The notes beneath the pieces are model-generated. The model did no database searches. It was not told the origin of the DNA and saw nothing but the letters and a program-made list of their open reading frames with translations. A stretch of 64,000 nt of DNA, from IMG/VR virus record IMGVR_UViG_3300020049_008034, positions 13,549-77,548 of that record; one strand, given 5' to 3'. The DNA comes from a virus. Taxonomy: Duplodnaviria > Caudoviricetes. Shown here one piece after another: positions 1 to 7,591 of this stretch; positions within the stretch are counted from its first letter, which is position 1; every line of letters begins with the position of its first letter. The position numbers were made by a program, and so were the translations under genes.

Positions 1-156
1 TCGAGATCAGAAACATTCAACTATTCTGATTTTGGCTTTTCACAAGAAGAGTGGATGGCGCTCAACGATGATGAAAAAATTGAAATGCTGAATGAGGGTA
101 TGGAGCACGAACCTCCGTATTGGACAGTTGATTATTTCACCGAAGAACCAGAATAA
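1..156 (+). CDS. 3' part of acidic hypothetical protein (truncated by window start)
   Basis: Open frame 1 from base 1 to TAA at 154-156; next ATG follows at 158. Confidence 0.6.
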   Translation, partial: SRSETFNYSDFGFSQEEWMALNDDEKIEMLNEGMEHEPPYWTVDYFTEEPE

Positions 157-157
157 T

Positions 158-520
158 ATGGAACATTTCTTTATTGAAGATCGCTTTTACTCCGATCTTG
201 ATGATTTTATCAATGATCTTTTCCCCGAAGACGGAGCCGTGGAGGAGCTGGAGGATGATTGGTCCATCCGGGTTCAGGAATCGAAATTGGAGCCGATGTT
301 TCAATTGGAAGACATCGCTGATTACGCCTTTGATCGAATCTTTGACAGATTTGAAGAGCGATTCAGTCACGAATCAGACGAACAAGATGAAGACATCTGT
401 CAAGCACTAAACGAGTGTTTTGACGCAGAGAAATTCAACTCACTCGTTCCGAAGCTCCATTACCCTACTGTGCTCACGACGATTACTAAACAAGATTTAT
501 TGGATTATTTAAACGATTGA
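158..520 (+). CDS. Acidic hypothetical phage protein
   Basis: ORF track 92..520; ATG at 158 directly after upstream stop is the likelier start. Confidence 0.65.
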   Translation: MEHFFIEDRFYSDLDDFINDLFPEDGAVEELEDDWSIRVQESKLEPMFQLEDIADYAFDRIFDRFEERFSHESDEQDEDICQALNECFDAEKFNSLVPKLHYPTVLTTITKQDLLDYLND

Positions 521-521
521 T

Positions 522-863
522 ATGGTAATCAACGACACCGAATACCAGCTCCCTGAGCATATCGAGCGATACATCATTCAAATCGCAGAACAAATTAAAG
601 CCCGTGGCGAAAAAGGTGCTGATGAATTAATTCAGTACAACCGCACTGAAGGCGAAATTATTTACCGGAGAACTGGTAGATCAACTCGGATTGTGGATGC
701 TGCAATTCAGCAACTATTCCCCATCGGAGATGTGTTCATCCGGGATCACTATGACAGAAGAGAAGGTCATCAACGACTAGCGAGTATTATGAAGCGAAGA
801 CTCGACACAGAACACGGAGGCAGGTATAAATTCGATAAAAAAGAACTAAAGTTCACACTATGA
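522..863 (+). CDS. Hypothetical protein with RRTGRST P-loop-like segment
   Basis: Tightly packed ORF, ATGA overlap with next gene. Confidence 0.65.
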   Translation: MVINDTEYQLPEHIERYIIQIAEQIKARGEKGADELIQYNRTEGEIIYRRTGRSTRIVDAAIQQLFPIGDVFIRDHYDRREGHQRLASIMKRRLDTEHGGRYKFDKKELKFTL

Positions 864-1093
864 CCATCGACCAAATGAATGAAATCGCAGAGTGGCTTAG
901 CCCTCTTGATAAGTACGGAATTAGTTGGAACCCTGAGTATGACTGGAAAATATACATCAACCTACCATCTCAGATCATTCCTCTCTACTTTAAAGATACC
1001 GAACTTGGGATTGCGGTAGAGAATGCAGCAGAAACATGGGAGTTGTGTAGGGTTACTACAGTCTGGGAACAAATTTGTCTAAGAAATTTATAG
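860..1093 (+). CDS. Hypothetical protein
   Basis: ATGA-coupled ORF in gene run. Confidence 0.6.
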   Translation: MTIDQMNEIAEWLSPLDKYGISWNPEYDWKIYINLPSQIIPLYFKDTELGIAVENAAETWELCRVTTVWEQICLRNL

Positions 1094-1098
1094 AAAAA

Positions 1099-1130
1099 CT
1101 TGCATGATTGAATTGGAGTGTTTATATTTG
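1099..1130 (+). promoter_or_regulatory. Bacteroidota sigma-A type promoter upstream of ncRNA/tRNA cluster
   Basis: CTTG (1099-1102), 20-nt spacer, TATATTTG (1123-1130) matching TAnnTTTG. Confidence 0.75.
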
Positions 1131-1262
1131 TGTTCGTTATATTGAAGCGCACAAGCTTAAACCAAAATCCACGACCATGTAGTTTTTAAAAATAAACTGA
1201 AGTACTCTAGGAGTTAGTAGGTTTACAGACTGACCAATAAGGGGAAAAAACGATTTTTATTA

Positions 1263-1298
1263 TCATCCGGGCTTTAAATACGATTAGACCCCGGATGA
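1263..1298 (+). repeat. Inverted pair of genome motif: TCATCCGGG-N18-CCCGGATGA hairpin
   Basis: Perfect 9-bp inverted repeat 1263-1271 / 1290-1298. Confidence 0.9.
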
Positions 1299-1301
1299 AC
1301 C

Positions 1302-1404
1302 AAGAGATCAGATAGCGAGCTGGCCCGCATGGGTGATCAATAAACGGTGCAAACAAGAGTCTAACTCCCGAAGCTGTAAGCGATTTGCCTGATCTCTTTT
1401 TTTT
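1302..1404 (+). ncRNA. Putative structured RNA closed by a 10-bp stem and followed by a T-run
   Basis: AAGAGATCAG 1302-1311 pairs with CTGATCTCTT 1389-1398; T-run 1397-1404; internal mini-hairpins. Confidence 0.45.
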
Positions 1405-1470
1405 ACGACTCTGGAGCAGAAGGAGTCGCCCGGATGAATACCCTCTAAGCTTTTGTGGCGGCGAGGTGAC

Positions 1471-1542
1471 TTTGCAGTAGTTTAGTGGCGAAAATACTCT
1501 GCGTGTAGCGGGGCGACGTCGGTTCGAATCCGGCCTGTAAAG
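1471..1542 (+). tRNA. tRNA-like gene, nominal anticodon UGU (Thr), non-canonical G33
   Basis: Cloverleaf: acceptor TTTGCAG/CTGTAAA, D-stem GTTT/AAAT, anticodon stem CTCTG/CGGGG with loop CGTGTAG, T-arm GTCGG-TTCGAAT-CCGGC; no encoded CCA. Confidence 0.65.
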
Positions 1543-1547
1543 CAAAC

Positions 1548-1633
1548 TTGATAGGTAGAGGGCAGATGGCTTAGCCCGACCGCTACGTGAAAGTCGTAAC
1601 GGAAACTTGCGGGTTCGAATCCCGTCTATCGAG
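1548..1633 (+). tRNA. Distorted tRNA-like element, anticodon not assignable
   Basis: Acceptor TTGATAG/CTATCGA, D-stem GGGC/GCCC, T-arm GCGGG-TTCGAAT-CCCGT; 5-nt linker after acceptor and an elongated anticodon stem. Confidence 0.5.
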
Positions 1634-1727
1634 CGCAGTCGACAACGCCTGTTTAGCGTCCTCTTGCGCGAAAACAGTAACCTAAAACGCCAATGCGCGT
1701 AAAGAGAGTGACTCCGATACAATCGGA

Positions 1728-1838
1728 TCATCCGGGCGGCTAAAGCAAGCTCAGTAAAAGCCTTGCAAGGGGAGGATGCAGTACTCGGTGCTGTGTAGGG
1801 TTCGACGCCCTCCCTAGCTTAGCTTAGAGCCCGGATGA
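1728..1838 (+). ncRNA. Structured element with T-loop (GGG-TTCGACG-CCC) enclosed by motif inverted pair
   Basis: TCATCCGGGC 1728-1737 / GCCCGGATGA 1829-1838; internal hairpin GCAGTAC-TCG-GTGCTGT. Confidence 0.5.
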
Positions 1839-1842
1839 ACAC

Positions 1843-1916
1843 AGCGGAGTAGCGCAGTTGGTTAGCGCGGGAGGCTCATAACCTCTAGGTCGTCGGTTCA
1901 AATCCGGCCTCCGCAA
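1843..1916 (+). tRNA. tRNA-Met(CAU), initiator-like
   Basis: Full cloverleaf, loop CTCATAA (CAT 1877-1879), 1:72 mismatch and fMet-like 3' half; anticodon stem has AGG rather than GGG and the A11:U24 pair is absent. Confidence 0.9.
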
Positions 1917-1919
1917 CAA

Positions 1920-2001
1920 TTCATCCGGGCGGTTAAAGAAAGTTCTGGAACGCCGAATCAGGAATAAGGTGACGGTATCCCACCTCCTGAGCCCGGATGA
2001 A
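1920..2001 (+). repeat. Motif inverted pair (11 bp) enclosing a hairpin
   Basis: TTCATCCGGGC 1920-1930 / GCCCGGATGAA 1991-2001; internal TCAGG..AGGTG / CACCT..CCTGA stem. Confidence 0.85.
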
Positions 2002-2009
2002 AAAAACAT

Positions 2010-2040
2010 TTTGTTTATTCAAAAATTGTTTTTATCTTTG
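2010..2040 (+). promoter_or_regulatory. Bacteroidota promoter for antirepressor gene
   Basis: TTTG 2010-2013, 19-nt spacer, TATCTTTG 2033-2040. Confidence 0.8.
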
Positions 2041-2153
2041 CAGTGCTTTCACACAGCGTCTAGGTAAAAACAAACAAGCCAAAGGCTTGGCAATGAAGAG
2101 GGGGTATTACCTGCCCGTGTGAACTCTGATTTGCCAAGCCTTTTTTAATTGTA

Positions 2154-3155
2154 ATGAAAAAGAAAGTTCAATTCAAAGGCCAAGACCTAGAACTTGGCAT
2201 CGGCGAAAGCCTGTGGGTCAACATGAATGACCTCGAAAAAGTATCTAGCATCAAAGTGCTTACCTATCTTCAAACACCCAGGGTTTTATCTTTGGTTGAC
2301 AGAATGGAGCCAAAGCCACTAAAAGTAGATGACAGGGTGATTTGGTTCCCCGAGAAACTGGCATTGGATTATGCAAAAGCAACAGGTGATCACAGCGCTC
2401 TCAGGGGACTGATTTTAGAGCACAAACCAATTAATCCGATTATTGAAAGTAAAGACGGCAAACTCTTGGTCAGGTCTACCGACGTAGCTAACGAGTTCGT
2501 AAAGGATCACGACAATGTTCTTAGGGACATTAGAACAATGGATTGTAGTCGAGAATTCACTTCCCTCAATTTTGAGGTCAGTACATACGTTGACAGTCAA
2601 GGAGTTACAAAGCCGTGCTACTTGATGACAAGAGATGGGTTTTCGTTCTTAGTTATGGGTTTCACCGGAAAGATGGCAGCTAGATTCAAGGAGGCGTACA
2701 TCAATGCGTTTAATCGCATGGAGCACAAGTTAAGAAACAGGGCAATCGCCTTGCCCTCAAACTACATTGAAGCGCTTAAGGCTCTAGTTGTTTCAGAAGA
2801 AGCCCGGATGATCGCAGAAACCCAAGCGGAAGAGAACCAAGAAAAAGCAGAGATAGTTGATCTGATTGTAGAAACTGGCGACAACTACACTATGCAGCAA
2901 GCGGCAAATGTTCTAGGGAGCGGCAGGAAAGACTTTTTCACTTGGCTTAGAGCAAATAACTATCTCCAGTCAAACAACGAACCATACCAAAAGTACATCC
3001 GCCAAAGCCCATTTTTCGTCGTTAAGGAAAGACCCAAAGATGGGCACGTTTACCATACGCCATTCGTAACACCCAGAGGACTGGCGTATTTTGCTAAAAA
3101 GTTCAGTAAAATAAATAAATCTTCTAAAACCCTTGTACTTTTCAATCCTAATTAA
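2154..3155 (+). CDS. Phage antirepressor/regulator: KilA-N-like + Rha + ANT/KilA-C domains
   Basis: Rha motif (STDVANEFVKDHDNVLRDI...YLMTRDGFSFLVMGFTG); ANT motif (AANVLGSGRKDFFTWLR...VTPRGLAY). Confidence 0.85.
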   Translation: MKKKVQFKGQDLELGIGESLWVNMNDLEKVSSIKVLTYLQTPRVLSLVDRMEPKPLKVDDRVIWFPEKLALDYAKATGDHSALRGLILEHKPINPIIESKDGKLLVRSTDVANEFVKDHDNVLRDIRTMDCSREFTSLNFEVSTYVDSQGVTKPCYLMTRDGFSFLVMGFTGKMAARFKEAYINAFNRMEHKLRNRAIALPSNYIEALKALVVSEEARMIAETQAEENQEKAEIVDLIVETGDNYTMQQAANVLGSGRKDFFTWLRANNYLQSNNEPYQKYIRQSPFFVVKERPKDGHVYHTPFVTPRGLAYFAKKFSKINKSSKTLVLFNPN

Positions 3156-3163
3156 TACATTTG
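3132..3163 (+). promoter_or_regulatory. Bacteroidota promoter for replication operon
   Basis: CTTG 3132-3135, 20-nt spacer, TACATTTG 3156-3163. Confidence 0.7.
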
Positions 3164-3216
3164 TATCGCAAGCCAGTTTAGAAGCTTGCGATACATCCCA
3201 GCCTCAAACACAAACC

Positions 3217-3429
3217 ATGACAAAGAAAACATTCTACGCCCTAGTGGCAGAAGTCGAAGAATCTCTAGAAGGACATCCAAACGCCAATCTGATTATTTCG
3301 ATTGGCCGTTGTAATAATGAGATTGCGTTCGACAAGCGCTGGCCTCCAGTTGAGATCCTAACCTCTTACATTAACTATGTCACACCGTTTTTACACCAAG
3401 CGGTGATGACGGAAGAAGTTTATCAATGA
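3217..3429 (+). CDS. Hypothetical protein
   Basis: ATG at 3217 downstream of promoter, within ORF 3133..3429. Confidence 0.55.
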   Translation: MTKKTFYALVAEVEESLEGHPNANLIISIGRCNNEIAFDKRWPPVEILTSYINYVTPFLHQAVMTEEVYQ

Positions 3430-3671
3430 TCATCAAAACAGTAATGGATGTCTGCGCCACGGAATGGTTAGGCCTCTGCGAAGCACCTGATTACTTTGCG
3501 TTTAGGTGCTTAATAAAATTCGCCGAACACGGAGCATCTGGTCCAAGTTGCCCATACATATGTACGGGATTATGGGCACATAGTGTCAATGCGTTCATTT
3601 ACGACAATGAAGATTACGGAGACTTGACTCCGGTTTCATTTATCCCACTGTATGATCAAATTCATCCATGA
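3426..3671 (+). CDS. Hypothetical protein
   Basis: ATGA-coupled ORF. Confidence 0.55.
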   Translation: MIIKTVMDVCATEWLGLCEAPDYFAFRCLIKFAEHGASGPSCPYICTGLWAHSVNAFIYDNEDYGDLTPVSFIPLYDQIHP

Positions 3672-3940
3672 AACAGGAAATAATCAATAAAATTGCCAAC
3701 TACCTACATTATTGTACGGTATACGAAGCTCCGGACAACATAGATATCGCTGAGGATATATACTCCAAGATTGAGCCCATGATCGAGGCAGAAGCTCAAA
3801 AGTTTGCCGGCTGGGTGGCGAATCAAGCGATTAATGGGAGGACTTATAATAAGCTATGGCTAGACTACAAGCAGAGCAGCAAGGCTGACTGGAATATGAA
3901 TTTGATTACCCCGGTAGATATAAAGCATGACACTCCCTGA
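3668..3940 (+). CDS. Hypothetical protein
   Basis: ATGA-coupled ORF. Confidence 0.6.
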   Translation: MKQEIINKIANYLHYCTVYEAPDNIDIAEDIYSKIEPMIEAEAQKFAGWVANQAINGRTYNKLWLDYKQSSKADWNMNLITPVDIKHDTP

Positions 3941-4421
3941 CTTCATCACGCCCAAATTGATTAGGGAATTTTCCCGAAAAGCTAATGTCTCCGAGCAAGT
4001 CTTTGAAGAATCTTTAGTTGACTACGTGACCACCCAACGTATCACAATCGACTCACGGTACGTCAAAGACTTCCTAAACAGGCATGTCAAGTTTTTAGAA
4101 AAAGCTCCTCCTCGGGTGGTATGGCAGTATGACGCCAGTTCACACATGGATTTGGCTCATAAAGTTGTTTCGTTCCTTAAGAACCTAAAAACGAAAGACG
4201 AGTACGGCCACACATACGGAAAGACAGTGACAGGTCTTGAGATTGACCGAGTCCCGGATGAACAGGCACTCACGACCGCCTTGATTAAAGGCTGGGTCGG
4301 TAGAGAAGATTTAAAATCAATTTGCCTATATTGGCGCAAAACCAAACCAAAATCATTTGTTTCTTTTCGTACTGAAAATGACTGGAAAGAAGAAGTGAGG
4401 TGGTGTAAAAATGGGTTATGA
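3927..4421 (+). CDS. Hypothetical protein, possibly replication-associated
   Basis: ORF in run preceding helicase; function inferred from position only. Confidence 0.6.
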   Translation: MTLPDFITPKLIREFSRKANVSEQVFEESLVDYVTTQRITIDSRYVKDFLNRHVKFLEKAPPRVVWQYDASSHMDLAHKVVSFLKNLKTKDEYGHTYGKTVTGLEIDRVPDEQALTTALIKGWVGREDLKSICLYWRKTKPKSFVSFRTENDWKEEVRWCKNGL

Positions 4422-4759
4422 AAATCAACCGAAATAACTTCGACTTTATGACCAAAACAGAAACAACGATTACTGTTTTGGTCACGGAAATCCCGGATGA
4501 AATTGAACGATTTGAAGCAGATCCTAAAGACGAACGGTTTCTTTCGTTTCCAGTCGGGAAATTTATTGAAAAGATAGACGCAACCGACCAGCACAAATAC
4601 TTCGGATGTCAAGTCTGGATGGCAACCTACGAGCGTCACCCAGATCAAAAATTCACTCCGCTTAAAGCTATGAATAAAGAAGCTGCCGAGCATTACAATC
4701 GGATTAGTGGGAAAGGGACTAGGGCGCGGAAGATTCCTAAAAAGAAAACAAATGATTGA
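4418..4759 (+). CDS. Hypothetical protein
   Basis: Coupled ORF immediately upstream of helicase. Confidence 0.6.
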   Translation: MKINRNNFDFMTKTETTITVLVTEIPDEIERFEADPKDERFLSFPVGKFIEKIDATDQHKYFGCQVWMATYERHPDQKFTPLKAMNKEAAEHYNRISGKGTRARKIPKKKTND

Positions 4760-6113
4760 AAAAATAGCGCTAAGCGCAGCCATGGTTCATAATGAACTTG
4801 TGGCGGATTTACATACTGAATTTTTCGTAGAATATAACGAGATAGCCAAAGCTATCAAAAAGTTGTATTATGAACAGAAAAAGATCACACCGAATCTCGT
4901 TAAAATAAAGCTAGGAGACAGTCCTGCTTTGAGTGAAATCGTTGAGGTATACCCCACGATAGACGAAGGCAAAGAAGCCTTTAAAGACCTTAAGATTGCT
5001 TTTGAGAAGCGCGCATTTACTGAAGCCATCGTCGAGCTGGGTAAAATGAACGAACGGCACAGTATTGATATGTCTATGAAGGTATTCTCAGACAGGATAA
5101 ATGCAATACGCGACATATCTGACCGAAGAATACATTCTGCTGAAGACCTAATAGAGCCACTTTTAGCCTACATGTCAGAAGCAAGAATAAAAGGCCCGTG
5201 GAAGCCATTATTTGGCATTTCTCACGTAGATGAACTCATAAAAGGTTATGCTCCCGGGGATGTTACAGTCTTTCTTTCGGCTCCTAAGGAGGGGAAAAGC
5301 TCAGTAGCAACTAGGATTATACAAAATGCAATCGAAACAAACTCGGGCGTTTTTATATCTTCTGGAGAAATGACTGAGATAGACGTTCTAATGAGACCGC
5401 TGGCAGTAATGAGTAACCACCGAACGGCTGAGCTCGAAGACGGGTCGGTAATATCAGACGATAAATTCCTGCAATCCCTCGATGAATTAAAAGACAAAAA
5501 GGTATTCATATCTAACCGTGGGCTATCTATTCCACATATGCAGGAAGAAATAACTACGTATAAATCCCTTCACGGAGTGGATCTTTTCATGTACGATCAG
5601 TTAAACCTGTTTGACGAAGTGATTCAAGACAAGGGATGGACTGCTTACCAGCAAGTTATAGCCTCTGCGCGAAAACTAGCAAATCATCACAAGGTCGCAA
5701 TTTGTATCTTCCATCAAGTAAATAAAGAATTTTTGGTAAAGCCAGCGTTTAGGCCTACGGTGTACTCCGCTAGGGGCGGTCAGTCATCTTTGATGCAATC
5801 CACAAAAGTGATCTTACTTCACAGGCCAGAAGCTCACGGGCTGGTTAATTTCGAAGACGGACCGTTCAAAGGCGTAAGGTCATCCGGACTCATGGAGGTG
5901 TTTGTTGGGCTAGGAAACCGTATTAGGCTTGGATCCGCTTTAGTCAGGTTCGTTGGAGAACAACAAGCCGTAGTCCCACTAGACCCAGGACTAGAAATTA
6001 GCGGAATCAAACTGGATGAGCCATTCTATTATGGAGCTAGTTCAAAAATTGACGAAAAGCCTATTTTTCACTTTGAGGACGAAGGCGAAAAAGCTGACGA
6101 CCTGCCATTCTAA
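4752..6113 (+). CDS. dnaB: DnaB-like replicative helicase
   Basis: Walker A SAPKEGKS, SGEM motif, Walker B MYDQL, HQVN motif, N-terminal helical domain; ends in DDLPF. Confidence 0.85.
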   Translation: MIEKIALSAAMVHNELVADLHTEFFVEYNEIAKAIKKLYYEQKKITPNLVKIKLGDSPALSEIVEVYPTIDEGKEAFKDLKIAFEKRAFTEAIVELGKMNERHSIDMSMKVFSDRINAIRDISDRRIHSAEDLIEPLLAYMSEARIKGPWKPLFGISHVDELIKGYAPGDVTVFLSAPKEGKSSVATRIIQNAIETNSGVFISSGEMTEIDVLMRPLAVMSNHRTAELEDGSVISDDKFLQSLDELKDKKVFISNRGLSIPHMQEEITTYKSLHGVDLFMYDQLNLFDEVIQDKGWTAYQQVIASARKLANHHKVAICIFHQVNKEFLVKPAFRPTVYSARGGQSSLMQSTKVILLHRPEAHGLVNFEDGPFKGVRSSGLMEVFVGLGNRIRLGSALVRFVGEQQAVVPLDPGLEISGIKLDEPFYYGASSKIDEKPIFHFEDEGEKADDLPF

Positions 6114-6117
6114 TATC

Positions 6118-6411
6118 ATGAAAATTTTAAAAAACCATTGGTTTTGGGTTGTTGTAGTTACGATCCTAATTGCTATCGGATCGTTCGCGTGCACCGATAT
6201 ACCTGTTCCTTGCGAAACGGGTCGAGTTAAAATCTTGACAGATTTCGCTGGGCCGTACTACCAAGAGGTGAATGGATACCGTGAAGGTGCAAATTTCTAT
6301 ATGCCAGAATGTCACGACTATCAAACTGGTCGCGTCTTGGTGAATGTGGATATTACTAACATCGCCGTTGGATTTACTCCGATGGTGGTTAAATTTCCGA
6401 GCTGTGACTAA
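6118..6411 (+). CDS. Putative lipoprotein/membrane-anchored protein
   Basis: Hydrophobic N-terminus ending in GSFAC lipobox-like sequence. Confidence 0.55.
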   Translation: MKILKNHWFWVVVVTILIAIGSFACTDIPVPCETGRVKILTDFAGPYYQEVNGYREGANFYMPECHDYQTGRVLVNVDITNIAVGFTPMVVKFPSCD

Positions 6412-6573
6412 GCACATTATCAAATCGCGTTACATTAAATTTTGCCCAGTGATCGGGATTGGATACTGGAAGGACGTGTACTTGAAAGAAGAAATTGGAA
6501 TGGGTGGGGTTGCTCATAATTTTGTGCTTCCGTTCATTCGTATTCAGTGGGGTTATCTTGAAATCGACAAACC

Positions 6574-6783
6574 ATGACTAAAGAGCAAGCAAAAAAGTTC
6601 GCAAGAGTATGGATTGGGCAACTTTTGTGGGAGGTGAATTTCGACAGAAAGTCTGTAGATTGCCCTGATGAAGACAAGGATATAATCGAGTTAGCAATCA
6701 ACGATCAGTTTTTCAAACTTCTTGGGAAATGTGATTACCTATCTCCTCAAGAGATTTATGACATCATGAATGATAGTATCTAA
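6574..6783 (+). CDS. Hypothetical protein
   Basis: ORF in operon run. Confidence 0.5.
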   Translation: MTKEQAKKFARVWIGQLLWEVNFDRKSVDCPDEDKDIIELAINDQFFKLLGKCDYLSPQEIYDIMNDSI

Positions 6784-7135
6784 GCGAAACGGAAGAATTG
6801 ACTTAAAAATCCTCGAACAACACCTTCGAGAAATGCCTGATGGAGACTACGCAGTTGACCTTACTCCGCTTACTACAGCTACACGTAGGCAGAATGCGTA
6901 TTTGTTCTCTCATTTGGCTAAGTTGTGCCAAGATCACTTGAGGTCAACCGGGATTTCGGTATCAAAAGATGTTGCGATAAATATTTTCCGCAAAAGTCTT
7001 GGATATTCAGAAATGATCATTAATTTTGATGAGAAGTTCGAAGGATACGATGTTCAAAACTTCATTGAGGCATTGTTCTTTGAACTTTTAGATTTGGGCT
7101 GCAAACCTGTTCACCCTAAAGACTATGTTAAATAG
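6770..7135 (+). CDS. NinB-like recombination protein (tentative)
   Basis: TRRQNAYLFSHL motif resembles NinB family. Confidence 0.5.
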   Translation: MIVSKRNGRIDLKILEQHLREMPDGDYAVDLTPLTTATRRQNAYLFSHLAKLCQDHLRSTGISVSKDVAINIFRKSLGYSEMIINFDEKFEGYDVQNFIEALFFELLDLGCKPVHPKDYVK

Positions 7136-7291
7136 CTATTTATCTATCATCTCATCAATCGAATTTATTCGAGAAACGGAGTTTGAAAACCAGAGTCAGG
7201 TAAAAGACTGTTTAAAGTTTCTTTCCGCAATGGGTTTGCTGACAGACGACGTTCTTGATCATCTATTGCTAATCTTCTTAACTTTACCAGA

Positions 7292-7579
7292 ATGACACTA
7301 CACGACCAAATGCGAAAAGACCTCCTTAAGCAGAAGGAACAAATCGAATCGCGCGGATACATGAAAGGCAGAGACCTTGAATTAAACTTGGGAACTTTTG
7401 TCGTCAAGAAAGGCGACAAACACTACTCTAACGGGAATTTTTCATTGAGCGACCCGGATGAATTTGACCGGCGTGACGCTACGGAGTTAGCCTTTAAAAC
7501 CGGAGGATTGGTTTTTAAGTCCGAAGTTTACTGGGGTAAGAAATACCAAACAATTTTACAAGCACTTTCTTCGCTTTAG
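7292..7579 (+). CDS. Hypothetical protein
   Basis: ORF upstream of primase. Confidence 0.6.
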   Translation: MTLHDQMRKDLLKQKEQIESRGYMKGRDLELNLGTFVVKKGDKHYSNGNFSLSDPDEFDRRDATELAFKTGGLVFKSEVYWGKKYQTILQALSSL

Positions 7580-7591
7580 AATACACCCAAC

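Noticed and set aside
1300-1398. SAM-I riboswitch resemblance (CAAGAG, CTGGCCCG, GGTGC-AA)
   Set aside because: Lacks the GCAAC core and ATC/GAT P1 pairing, and no methionine-pathway gene follows.
1207-1731. 174-aa minus-strand ORF over the ncRNA cluster
   Set aside because: Arg/Ser-rich low-information translation, antisense to tRNA-like genes with a + strand promoter.
1769-1815. tmRNA tRNA-like domain (GGGGAGG...GGTTCGAC)
   Set aside because: Far too short, no tag ORF or pseudoknots, no ACCA end.
1263-2001. CRISPR-like mini-array formed by motif repeats
   Set aside because: Repeats are only 9-18 nt, alternate in orientation and have irregular spacing; no cas genes (TnpB uses its own omegaRNA).
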